64,000 nt of DNA. It comes from Bilabrum cf. latius. Lineage: Eukaryota. The position numbers and the translations under genes are program-made. Below the pieces are notes generated by a model that made no database searches, had not been told where the DNA came from, and saw only the letters and a list, made by a program, of their open reading frames with translations. Of the stretch, positions 11,060 to 22,788 are shown in pieces; position 1 is the first letter of the stretch; the number at the start of each line of letters is the position of its first letter. The stretch spans positions 930,001-994,000 of the forward strand of contig OZ237747.1 in the NCBI GenBank assembly GCA_965178125.1. The letters are read 5' to 3'.

Positions 11060-13807
11060 TCAGTCCACCACGTCCATTTCCGACCACAGGGTCCCACCAG
11101 AGCCTCCGCCAGAGCCCGAGCTGGGTGACGCCGACCCTTTCGACCCAGCCCCTGCACCGTGTCGGAGCAGCTGCCCGAGAGCACGCCTGCCACCCACCCC
11201 TTTGCTACTTCCTAACGTCAACGCCTTGTTCCTACGTGCGCCCCCGATCACCTGTCTGTGCTTCACGGGTACCTTGCCAGCGGACCCGCCCGCTGGTCTT
11301 GCCGCAGTCGGCACCTGGTCTCTGTCAATGCCGGAGGAGGGGCCACCGTCGTCCGATGAATGATCCTGCATCGGGCTCTGACCATTTGATCCGTGCACAG
11401 ACAAACCCATGCGTTCAGCAGCTGGCTGCGATACCCCAGCCGGCGGCTTGGCAGCAGTTGGTGCGCCACTGGTGTCCCAACTTTCACCAGATGCTTTAAG
11501 ACACGGGGTCCCGGGGTGAGACATTGCAACGCTGAGCACTTCGTACGGGCTACGACCGCACAGTCGTCGCATCGCGCACGTTTGCAGCCATGAGGGATGC
11601 ATTTCCTCTGTGGGCTCACCATCTGGCCCGGATGGTTCTTCGCGAGCAAAACCACCATCGTAATTATCATCTTCGAGCTCGTCGTCCCCGCTCGGCTCCA
11701 TTCTCAGATTCTGGCCTGTGGATGCACTGTCAGTGCAACCAGGAGCAGAGATGCGCATGGGAGCGGTGTACCCTCTGCTGGAGGGTGCGCTGTCGCCCTC
11801 TTGAGATAGGAATGAGTCATCGTGCGACGGCGGCGACAGGAAACCACCATGCTCCTGTTCGTCGCCGGCCCCACCAGCCGATGCGCCATTGCTGGCAGCT
11901 CTGGTGGAGTCTCCTCGGTAGCGGCCAGCAGACACGCTCTGGTCCTCTAGTTCTTCATCTGCACCGTAGCCGAACTGCTCCTCGAGCACTCTCTTGAGCC
12001 TAGCGAGGTGCTCTGGGCGCACCATCGATTGCCGTCCTCGGATCGCGCAGAGCTGCATGGAGCAAGCCCAAGAAGAGCCCAGTGCCCCGGCTGCTACCGC
12101 GTCAGCGGCTGGAGACATCAGCATCTCAGCAGCGCTAGGCTTGAATCCAGCCAGCTTCTCAGTCGGAATCACGTAAGATGGCAAGCAGCTCCACCCGCTG
12201 GATGCTGGGTCGACAGATGGCCTGCCATCCGAGTCAGCCAGGGGATGTTCCTTGCACGCACCTATGGCAGCGTCTAGAATATGGGCGTTGCAGCGGGAGG
12301 CAACCGTGTGCTTGTACCCTCCACCACCGAGAATTACGGTTGGCAGCCCCAACCGAACGATCCAGTTCACAACAGCTCTGTATGACACGTGGGTCAGGTT
12401 CCACGCAGCAGTGGGATCCTGGCCGAGTCCGTCGCACCCTGCCTACAGCACAATGCCATCCGGTTGCGCGAACCTGACCATGGCTCGCAGTGCGGGCAGC
12501 AGCATGGCACAGAACTCCGCGTCAGTGCAGCCACGTTGGATGGGCACGTTCATGACCCCCTTGCGGCCGCACGACTCCCGCAATGCCCCCGACCCTGGGT
12601 AAAATCCCTTAGAGCGGTGGTGCACAGAGAGACAGTAGCAGTTTGGGACTCCCTGCAGAATACCCTCTACCCCGTCTGCGTGGTGCACGTCGATGTCGAC
12701 GTAGAGAACTCTTGCGTCTCGCTGGAGACTGCGAACGAAATCACCGTCTTCCGTGGCAGCAGCCTGGTCCAAGGAGCTTGAGTCGGTATCAGCCCTTGGA
12801 AGGATCCATGCGTTGCCCGAAGAAGGGCTAGCATCAGGCTCCGTTGCCTGCATGTCGCTGTGCTACTCCTCTGACCAGTCACCGACCCAGCCGGCCGATA
12901 TGCTGCCGGTAGCCTCACCGGTGTCGTCTGGCTCCATGGACGGCAAACTGCCCACGGCTAAGCCAACGTCTGCATTAACCTTGACTTTCTACTTGGCGTC
13001 GGACACTGCTTGCTCGTGCAGCTCTAGCTGAATGTCGAGGCTCTCCTGCAGCGAACTCTGTAGAGCTAAGACCGCCAGAGCACAATCATTCAGGTAGCAA
13101 AACCCGCTGGCAAATCCGTGCCCTGCGTGGTGTCGGCCACCAAAGAAGCACACGCCAACGCGCCCCTTGGGCTGTGCGATTCTTGCAACCGTATTGCCTG
13201 CGTTGCTGTCTCGCGTCCTGGTGACCTGCGGGGACACGAACCGAGCAGCCCCGAGAGCCATTCCCGCGATCCCGGAGGCGTACGTGTGCACGCCAGGAAA
13301 TGGAGGACAGTCGTCCACAAGCCCAAATTCTTCTCGTTTAGAGAGGGCGGGCGGTCGTTTCGCGAGCGTTCTGGAATTCGGCCGGGTAGCCTTGCTCGCC
13401 TGCCCGCCTCCTGCTCCGTCGAGCTTGTCCTTCAATCCCGGATCGGTGTCGCAGCTCAGAAGCATTCGAATGTATGCGTCACTGTGACATTCACTCAGTT
13501 GTTGCTCAGTTGCGAAATCCCACGCAATCTTCTTGCAGTGAAAAAGAGCTCCAGAGCTCGACAGAAGCGACCCGGTTAGCCACGCTCGTGATCCCTGGGA
13601 AGTCCTGTGCTTCGGAAGAAGACCCGCAACTGAGACTGAAGTCCGGTCGAACACTACTCCAACTTCATTCGAGGGCAGTAGCGACTACGTTCTAGGCCAC
13701 GGAAGGTCATCCTTAATATGCTCGCTTTCTTGGGACTACCTGCTCGGGGCACCTGAATGGCCGGATTCCGTGCGATCTTGAGTTCCCAAGTAAGATATCG
13801 GGTACAT
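11060..13807 (-). CDS. Class I histone deacetylase (HDAC8-like) with low-complexity inserts and tail
   Basis: Motifs EFGLVDDCPPF, GGRHHA..FASGFCYLND, RVLYVDIDVHHADGVE, LSVH..GFYPGSG, NVP, PDGIVL*AGCDGLGQDP..WNLT and LGGGGY. One frame from ATG 13807 to TGA 11060, with TAG at 13736, 13685, 12989, 12863 and 12443. Confidence 0.9.
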
Positions 13808-13899
13808 TGTTCTATTTATTAGGATTTAGTCCGCTATACCAAAGAATTCCGGTGAATTGACCTAGCAACCAGTATGGTGCAACTCGCGCGCGATCCCCT

Positions 13900-13960
13900 T
13901 GGATTGGTTTGTGCCTGATTGGCGGGTACACGTTCCTTGCCTCCAATGAATCCAATGCAG
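13900..13960. promoter_or_regulatory. Putative bidirectional promoter with clustered CCAAT boxes
   Basis: Two ATTGG and two CCAAT motifs within ~60 bp, in the AT-richer 315-bp gap between the divergent HDAC and BCAS3-like start codons. Confidence 0.4.
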
Positions 13961-14122
13961 ATAAATACTGCTACGGGGCGGATTCAAACGCACGCTAATT
14001 TTGGGCTATCTTATGTGTGGAGAGCAGTAAAATGAATCCAAACTCATATTGGGGGGGCACTCATCACACCAAAATTCTTGAAGAGGGCGTTCGCGGAATC
14101 TCTCCGTTAAACAACACAGAGA

Positions 14123-17100
14123 ATGGAGTATCATCCGACACTTGTTGAATCACACAGTACAGTAAAGCATATTGTGACTGGCGCGCGGCGTACTGCGAAA
14201 GCCCTGGGTAGTTAGGCAGCCGATTTGTTAACTGGAACAAGTGCTGGCAAAGACAATGAGAAACGACGGCGATCGCGCAGAGCGCTTGCTCTTCGACAGC
14301 TTAGCAGTGGATTTTTGGCAGACTAGTGTTTAAATCATCAGATTATTCAGGCTTAGGAGCAGAAATACTCAGTTGTATCGTGCAGGACTGGCACGTAGAT
14401 TTGGTTGGTAGCAGGCTTGTCGACGCCCGCTGCACCCGCCGGGGGGAGTTCCTCGGTGGATTCTTTGGCAAAATCTTTAGGGATCTCATTCATATCGTAG
14501 ATAACATTGCCGGGTATTTCGTTAGGATCAGGAGCAATATTTCAATCCAAGGTGGCACTAGCAAGAATAGCAGAAATTGCTGTTCAGCTTGGAGATGCAT
14601 TGAGCACGCAAGCAGGAAGCGGTACACGCGACGACAACCATGTAATTCGTTCGGTATTCGAGGCCTTGCTTGGCGCCCCAGGAGCAGCAGCGGATGGCGA
14701 TTCGCAAGCAAACATAGAAGCGGACCCAAGCGACCGACTGGTCGTGGCTGCGCATTTTGCAAGATCGATCGCCCCGTTCATGCGTTCTTAGCCAGTCGGC
14801 CAATCATCTCAGTCTTCGAACGCCACTGAGGCTCCAGCACCTGGCACCCCTGTGGAGATGAGCACCCCTGGTAGCAGCACCACCGGGACATCCAAGCCGA
14901 GCACCGAAGCCGCCGCAGGACCCGCCCTGGAAGGGGCACCAGAGGGGACTTGGGAGATCGGGCGCCGCGCATTAAACCTTTTGCGGAACCTCCACAGCCA
15001 CGGGGATCTCATCGCAGCTCCACTGCTAGAGGGCGGCACCGCGGGCAGCGGCAGGCAGAGCCGCCACGCATGGCCGAAACCGAGCGCGCTGGAGACTCCG
15101 AGTCCGAGTCCTTCGGCTGCATCCGGTGTGACGACTGAATCGGACGGAGGAGCCTCGTCATCGCCATCACCACCCACCTCGGCAGATCAGGCTACTCCCA
15201 ACCTGGACATCGAACCATCAGCCAGTGGTGCCCTGGCAGCCGCTGAGCTCACGCCGCACGACGTCCCGATCTTCTCTCCTAGCACGGGGGCTCTGGTGCA
15301 CGTGCTGCGGTTCAGCCAGCCCGTGGCCCAGGTTGCAACCGCTGGTGATTCTCTTGCGGTGACCTTCCGACGAGGCACGACGGTCGTGCTCGACGCCCTC
15401 ACAATGGACGTGCGATTCGCGGTGCGCGGAGCCAGGGCGCCCACGACGAGGTCTCGTCCGCTGCTTCCAGTGAGCGTCTCGGCAGAGACGATGCACGGAC
15501 CCGCCGGTCCGCACTCGTCACACCGTGATGGCACAGGGACGGCAGCAGACGTGCTGGACGACTCTGACGCTGAGGAGCCGGCGCGAGCTCCGAGCCTTGG
15601 CCGCATGCTCCCGCCGCCACCCGTGGCCCTGTCTCCTCTGTACCTAGCTGTTGGATCCAAGGATCGCGCGGGGAAGCCCGGCGCGGAGGAGCGGGCAATC
15701 GTGTGCGCTAGCGTGCTGGCGCTGCGAGCCACGATCGAAAGCAAGCTGGCCGGGGTGGGTGGCTCCCTCGGGTCGGTGAGGGCGCTGCCCGGCGACAGCA
15801 GCGGCGACGGGTCGGGAGACAAGGGGGGCTTCGGCGAGCTGGCTGGGGCGCTGCTTGCCGGAGCTAGCGCCCGCGTGGCAAGCGCGATCGGTTGGTCTGC
15901 GGATGCAGCGGGGGAGCTTGTGTGGCAGGAAGTGTCCCGTTTCTTCCACGGCGATGTGCAAGGCGGAGCTGGGGACAGGGAGGGGTCGACCTCTCGGAGG
16001 CACAGCAGCGCGAGCACCGTGGGAGCCGGAGCCGCTGCAGATCCAGCGGGCATGGTGGTGGGTGCCGGGCAGGACGCACCCGGCGTGGGCTAGGGTGAGG
16101 GCGGTGCGGCCGGCTGGGATAGCGCCGCCCCTGGTAAAGGCCAGCGCGCTGCCAACCGAAACCGATCCAGGATCGGGAGTGAGACCAGCCAGCATTCGAG
16201 GGGGGCTGGAGATCTCGAGCACGGGGCAGACGAAAGCAGCGAGTCGGAGCACCGCCATGCAAGCAGCGCACAGCCTCGGCCCGGCCATATTGCGCAGCAA
16301 GACGCCCTGTCTGGCGCGAGCCAGAGCGATGAAGCGCACGAGCTGATCATGGAGGCGTTCTTGCAGCGGCTGGCAGATGGGAGCAGCACGGCCACAGTGC
16401 ACGACATCGTAGACTCGGTTATCGGCTCCGAATCTCGTTCAGCCCCCGGTTTGGTGCCCGCGGTGAGTCGATCCGGCTGGCTGGCTGGCGGTGCGGCCGC
16501 CGTCGCGAGCCGAGCAGTCTCAGCCGTGTCGACTGCTGGACAGTGGATCGGCGGGACGCTTGTGTGGGCGGGCATACCGGAGGACTCGAGCCTCGTGGCA
16601 GGGAGCAGTGCAGCAGGAAGCAGGAGCACCGGACTCGTGGCGGGCTGGGACCACTTGAAGAAGCAGCTGTCCTCCACCAAGGGACGGAGGGCCGTGGTGC
16701 AGGGCGCCGTGACCACAGCGCACGAGGCTGCGAGGGCCGCCCGGGTGGTAGCAGGGGCAGCCAAGCAAGTGGGCAAGGCGGCCGCAGCGGGGATGAAATC
16801 CGCTGCCAAGGCGTCTATCCCGCTGCTGAAGGCAGCGCTCCGAATGGCAGCCGACATTTCTGGAGAGGCCGTGGAGATGCCAGGCGACGAGCCAGCTGGG
16901 AGCACCAATGCACCTCGTCCTGCGGATCCGGCTAACCCATTCTCTACACCTCAGGTGGAATCGCTACCGGAAGAGAGCAACGAAAATGCGGATTCAAGGG
17001 AAGCGAGGGATGAGCCTGGAGCTGGCTGCGTCGCCGTCTACGACGTGCACACGGGCCAGCTAGTCGCTCACTTCAGGGCAGAGAGGCCCGGCACTGCCAT

Positions 17101-19630
17101 CGCTGCACTTGCCCTGGAAGACCCGAGCCATGGGCCCATCGACTGCTCTAGTGATGGCGCAGCTCCAGGCATGGGTGCGGCTGCATCGGCAGGGACGCTG
17201 CTTGCAACTGCGAGCGATCGCGGATAGGTTGCGCACGTGTACCGGTTCATGCCGCCGCAGCGCCGCCTCACAGGACCAACCACGGATGAATCTCGTACCG
17301 ATACGCGTGGAAGTGCTAGTCGTGCTGTTTTGCTCGCAGTGCTGGAGCGCGTCGCATACGATGGTGGTATCGATGATCGGGTGTTGCCACCGGTCAGCAC
17401 AGCCGGGTTGGCTGCGAGCCTCGGCAGGACAAGAGCCAGGCTTCCAGGCACTTGGGCGCTCGGTGTGCCCCGTCGACACGCCGACCTCGTAGCACGGCTG
17501 CAGAGGGGTGTCACGCACGCGCGCGTATCCAGCATTCGGTTCGAGCGAGGCGAGCTCGGCGTTGATCGATCGTCAGCAGCGGCTGGTGCAGTAGGGGAAG
17601 CGACCGTGCCCGGTGAGGGCAGCGCAGCCGCTGGTTGCCTTGAGCCGCACCTAGTCATGCTGTGTACGGACCACGGGACGACTCACGTGTTCGATCTTCC
17701 TCCTCTGGCCACGTTGCTGGGCCACTGGGACCAAGACGGAGGCAGGCTGCCCCTGCCTGCTGCCGGGACAGCCGAGGCTAAGGGATCGACGCTGTCGTAG
17801 GAACCAATAGACTGCGCCACTGGCCGTTCTGATGGTCGGTTCTCTAGCACTGCGCCCGTGCCCTCGGACGAGGTACAGCTAGGGGGTGTCCCCGATGTAT
17901 CCGTTGAGCGGCACCGCGACTCGTTCTTGCAGCGACGGCGGGCCGACGCCTTGCGTCAGGTGGAGTCGGTAGCACCGGATTTGGTGCCTGTCGCGCAGCT
18001 AAGGACGCCCGCGGAGCCGGCCTACTCGCCTGCGGATCATGCGGCTGCGCTGCAGTCGGCTGTGGAGCAGAAATTGCCCGGCGCGACTGCTCTGACCTCA
18101 GTGCCAGCGGCCCCGTTGGCACCGGCAGGTTGCCTGCCGCCGTCCTGGTCCTCGTGTGCCGTGCTGCCGTGCAGTGCACCCGGGGCTGAGTGGGCCGTGG
18201 CAGATCCCAAAACCAAGAAGCGTTGGACCGCTTCAGCAAGCGGGAAGTGCTTGTTGCTTGCGTGCACCCGAGACGGTCGCCTGCACTGCCACAGGGTATC
18301 CATGGCACGGGCATTCGAGCCTGAATCTACCGCAGGGGTAAGCCGTGGGAGTGGAGGCTCAAGCAGCACAAGGGATGCTAGCACCGTTGTGCTGCCGAAG
18401 CTCAGGATGGCTGCTTCGTCCCCTATCTCCCTCGACTGCCGAATGGGGCTCGGCTGGCCGTTCGGAGTGCATCGCTCAGTGCAGACACCCGTCTCAAGCT
18501 CCGAAGCAAAGGACTCATATAGGCCAGTAGAAGCTGCATGTGGGGAGATGTACCGCGGTCCATGGATGGCAAAGGTGATTCTGGGCACGGGTGCACCAGT
18601 CACCGACCTGAGCTGGCCTCCCGAAGGTGCGCTGGCCCTCGTCCCAAGACGGGGCGGTGCAGGTGATCCAGCGGCTATTGAGGACCCGATTGACGCGTTC
18701 ATGGCTCTGGATGACGCCGAGGCGTTCCTGCAAGATCCAAGCGTGCAGTCGACGCATGTTCTCAAATCCTGCACGCTGTCGCAGGCGGTTTCTCTCAGGA
18801 TGGGTGGCATCGATGCCAGCGACCTGCATGACGCTAAGGCACCTCCTCTGCCAGTGGTTGCAGCGCGTGCAGCCCGTGAAGAAAGTGGGAGGTACGGACT
18901 TGCCCCCCGAGATCGCAGCACGAAGGAGACGCAAGCTGCTGCAGGAGCCAAAGGGGCTTCCGCTACCGCTGCAGGCTCTATGAGCATGTAGCCTGCACAG
19001 GACTCGAGAACGCAGAGCGGATCGCCTGACGTCACTGTGAGACTCGGAGCTGCGCTGGGCGTGCGCGCCCCGTTGGTTCACATGGAGTCCGTGCCTGTGG
19101 GGGCGGGCTCCGCGGGCGAGGAGTTTGGACGCGCCAGGGAGAGGTCCAGGGAATCCACCGGTGGATTGGCCGACGCGATCCGGGTGGAGGGGTCAAGCTG
19201 GGGAGTCGACTCTCCCGTGGCACTCGAGCGTGATGCTGGCTAGGGCGACGTGGCGGCATGCATCGGTGGCGGCAGCCACGCTTCGGGGTCGCTGGCAGAA
19301 GAAGAGCGAGGCGGGGCAACCCCAACATCTGCAGACATGCGGGCGATGGCGCGCGACGATGCGATTTCTCCTCCACTGGCGCAGGGGGATGGAGGCGGTT
19401 CGTTTGAGCTGCAGGGCGGCGGCATCATGCAGGACCACTTCGCGAGCGGTTCACCAGTGCCTGGCGGTACGGCACTCACGGGCACGGGCACCGGTGGCTC
19501 GACAGGAAGTGCGTAGCATGGCAAGTCGGACGCTGGCGCGTCGTGTTCGGCCGATGAAGAGGATGGTGGCGAGTCCGAGGACGACCAGGACGATGTTGTG
19601 CTTGGTGGTGGTGGAGCTGTATCCGAATAA
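14123..19630 (+). CDS. BCAS3/ATG18-like WD40 beta-propeller protein (~1835 aa) with extensive low-complexity inserts
   Basis: One frame from ATG 14123 to TAA 19628-19630, with 12 in-frame TAGs (14213, 14324, 14354, 14396, 14498, 14789, 16091, 17225, 17798, 18989, 19241, 19514). Motifs VHVLRFSQPV, GCVAVYD..VAHFRA, GTLLATAS..G*..HVYRFMP, LQRGVTHA.V.SI.F and TDHGTTHVF match the BCAS3/ATG18f-h pattern. Confidence 0.8.
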
Positions 19631-19753
19631 CAACTGTACTTTCATTGCAACGACGCCAACGACAGCTGGCCAAACTATTCGCCGCTCGATGTCCTCCACG
19701 ATAATGCGTCACCTTGCTCTTGCCACTCCCATTTTGCCACCCTCCTTCTTCTC

Positions 19754-20918
19754 TCAATCGTCCTTACCACCACCGGGTGCCTCCTCTGGACCTGGACCTG
19801 CCCCCGTCCCTGCGTCTTTCCCTCCGGCTTGACCGCTGCCGCTTCCTCCCGCCTGAGCTCCGCCAGCGCCTGCGTCTGGCGAATGTGACCCGCCATCCGC
19901 TTCATCCCCCCCCTCCACGGGGCCAGCCTCTACGCCGGTTCCTGCTAGCTTCCATCGCTCCAAAACTGCTTCCATCTGGGCGATGTCCGACTTGTTCAGC
20001 TCGTCTGAACACAGCGCCAGCACCCACGCCAAGCACAGCTTCCGGTCGCTGCCCCCCTCTTGGAGTGCCCGGCACAGCTCGCTCTCGTCGTCGACCTCTG
20101 CGGCTATTTCTGCGGCGGTCTTGCCATGTTCGTCAACGGCTTCTGGGTTTGCACCTCCTGCAAGGCACTCGACCACGAGCTTGGCGTCCAGCTTCCACGC
20201 CGCGGAATGAAGCGGGGTGTTGTTAAGCTGCATCGGATCGGATCTTCAGACCAGCAACACGTGATGAGAGTGATACAGGCAGGGATGCGATGAGCGTACA
20301 GCAGCAACAAATGAAATGTAGCTTACGTAATCAGGAACAGCAAAGTCTGCCCCGGCCTTGCGGAGATACTCAACGCACTCGCACTCAGTTGCACTGACCG
20401 CAAGTGCAGCGGCAGTGTTTCCGTCCTGTGACCATCGCATGGGAGATCGGATGCACACCAGATTGCGCGAACACATTCATTGTGTCATTTGAGTTGTTGC
20501 AGGTGCAGGGAAATGAAACATACTTTGTTTCTGGAGTCCAAGTCAGCTCCAGCGTTCACTAGGACTTCGATGGTTCGATGGTTGCCTTGGATGGCTGCTT
20601 GGTGAATCGGCTGGAAACCCGATTTCTGCGGAGGTAAGACCAGCATAAGCTGTGAATCACATCTTGTGATGAGGCAGCGGTTCAATAAGTTCAGACATGG
20701 TCCATGTACGTCTCCAGCTTCCTCCAATAGGGATCGCTCGCTTACATGCATCCCATGGTGCTAATATTGCTGATTAATGCGTAGCAACGAACAAATGTAA
20801 CACTTACTGCGTCTACAGACGAGATATCTGCACCTTGCAAGATCAGGTATTGCGCGAACTCGATGTTCTCATGTTGATGCCAACAACACATGTGAAGAGC
20901 TTTGTCGAGAAGAGCCTA
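19754..20918 (-). CDS. Ankyrin-repeat protein, multi-exon; 5' end not resolved (probably ~21.0-21.1 kb)
   Basis: Exon peptides KALHMCCW..NIEFAQYLILQGADI, GFQPIHQAAIQGNHRTIEVLVNAGADLD, GNTAAALAV..ECVEYLRKAGAD and NNTPLHSAAW..CLAGGANPEAVDEHGKTA are separated by GTAAGT/GTATGT/GTAAGC...CAG introns. Ends at TGA 19754. Confidence 0.8.
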
Positions 20919-22788
20919 CTGCAATATCTGATGTATACGCCAAATATTTGCGTGGCAAATTGAAGCAGGTGCAAATCCGCTGGGGGTCTGGCGAAGCCAT
21001 ACTGATATAGCGGATCTTATGAATTGCCTTGGTCATCTCCTTACGCTATCATCTGCCCCTGCACCCTAAGCGACTAGAGCCTTAAATGTCTCTGTGTTGC
21101 AATTCATCGAAAGCTCTATCAGTTTTTCCATTAGTAGAATTTTAGTGCCGCATCCTGATTAGATTCCTGCGAGCCGGATGCATCATTTCAAAACCTCGCA
21201 GAATGTGAGCCAAGCCACTTTCAATATACATACCAACTATGGCAATAATATGGTCATACGCTTTCTCGGTAAGACACTCTCACAAAAATACTAGCAAGCT
21301 GGATATCGACTCAGTCGAAAAGTCGTATCGTCACTTTCAATCATCATCATCACCTTCGAGATCTCGCATCGGACCCTCGTCCGGGGACGCATCGACTCAG
21401 AGAAGAGTGGTTTGTGTTTTGCGGCGAACCTCCGCCGTCCACGGCCAGCCATCGGATTGCAGTACGGCGGCAATGAGGCAGCAAGCTCAGCCATGCAGGA
21501 CAAGGTGCGGGAAGCCTTGGACCGCCAAGTCCACCGGAAGGCAGCTCAACTGCGCAGTCATGGGGAGCAGTCGTCTGGTCCTGCCAGGGGGCATGCGGAG
21601 TCGCCACACAGCCTCTTTGCGAGTCATGCACAAGGTGCAGGCATGAGGCCGTCAGGTGGCGGAGCATCAGGCAGCTCATCATCTGCACGGCCACGCCACA
21701 GTGAAGGGAAGCAAGCAGGCGCCAGCAGCCCGGCATCTAGGCCTGGGCGCTCTCGAATGGGATCATCTTGCGGTGCTGGGCGTGACCGGGCGGACGGGGC
21801 CTCGGATCTTGGAAGTGGCTACCTGGACGATGCAGAGGGGGGCACGAGTGGCCAAAGTGGGATGGAGTCGGGCGATGAGGATCTGTGACCTTGGGTGCAC
21901 ACGGCTCGTAATGCTCGAAGTGCCTTGCCTGGCTCCATTGGCGCTTGCGTCTGTAGCATCGCGCCCGACTTACCTGCGACTGTCGATCCTTCTGTTGACG
22001 GCATCTGGATGGGGGAAACGTTTACTCTCCTCGTCTGTCCTCCCGTCTCCCGATTTCTCCCTGCCAGTGGGTGCCACCACCCCAGTGCTAGTGGTGCTTC
22101 TTCCTCCTCCAACTTGTCCACCTGTCTTCCCCCATCGCCTTCATATCTGCCACGCCCACGACTTGATGGCTCATCCGAGCTCTCTGTCCAGTGCGCTTCC
22201 TCAGCGGCTCTGCCTTGCACTCGGAGATGCAGGGCACTGCAAGCCCTCCGGAGGATCGCAGGATTTCAGCGGAGCAGACTAGATAGAGCTGGGCTAACCT
22301 TGGACTCCAGCTTCGATGGTTCGATTCGTACTTTATCATTGATCCCCATGACTCCATGCAGGCTGTATTCGTCCTTGCTGCAGAGGCGCAGAGAGGGACA
22401 GGGTCAGCAATACTTGCGAGATCACGGCATGCAAACGCCCTTCAGCCAAGAGCTTCGATCGTGAGTTTGCCCCCTTGTCTGAGATCAGCTTGACATGCCA
22501 TGTCGATGATACCAGCGGCTGCTTTGGCACTCGCGTAGCACTCTCGCAGGAGGGTGTAGCAAGCCGCTGTTCAGTTCGCTTCTGCAATCGCTGCGGGCAA
22601 GGTCGACGTGGCCGAGCAGCAGCTGTACGAGAATGCCGCTCTTCTGGCTGGGTGGAGCGGTTGTGGCGTCTTGCTTCGGGTGCAAGTGCGCTTGACTGCA
22701 CCGAATGGCGATGTGTGTAGGTTGATAGTGAGAAACAAGCTGTAGACTGAGTGGATCGCTTTCCGTTGCATAGATTGGCTGCATCCGT

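Noticed and set aside
4190-19035. Long antisense or alternate-frame ORFs (e.g. 4190-5215 -, 5859-6899 -, 15187-16053 -, 18037-19035 -; also 59249-60523 -)
   Set aside because: These are shadow ORFs expected in GC-rich coding DNA; they overlap better-supported genes and show no recognisable motifs.
1-19630. Reading the stop-interrupted genes as pseudogenes or sequencing errors
   Set aside because: All interruptions are TAG, with no frameshifts and no internal TAA/TGA in exons, and the catalytic motifs are intact. Random decay or error would not be codon-specific.
21250-21888. Chimeric ORF joining unique sequence to the first B fragment
   Set aside because: The frame is open from ATG 21250 with TAG readthrough, but the unique part is short and not clearly coding; it is probably incidental to the array junction.
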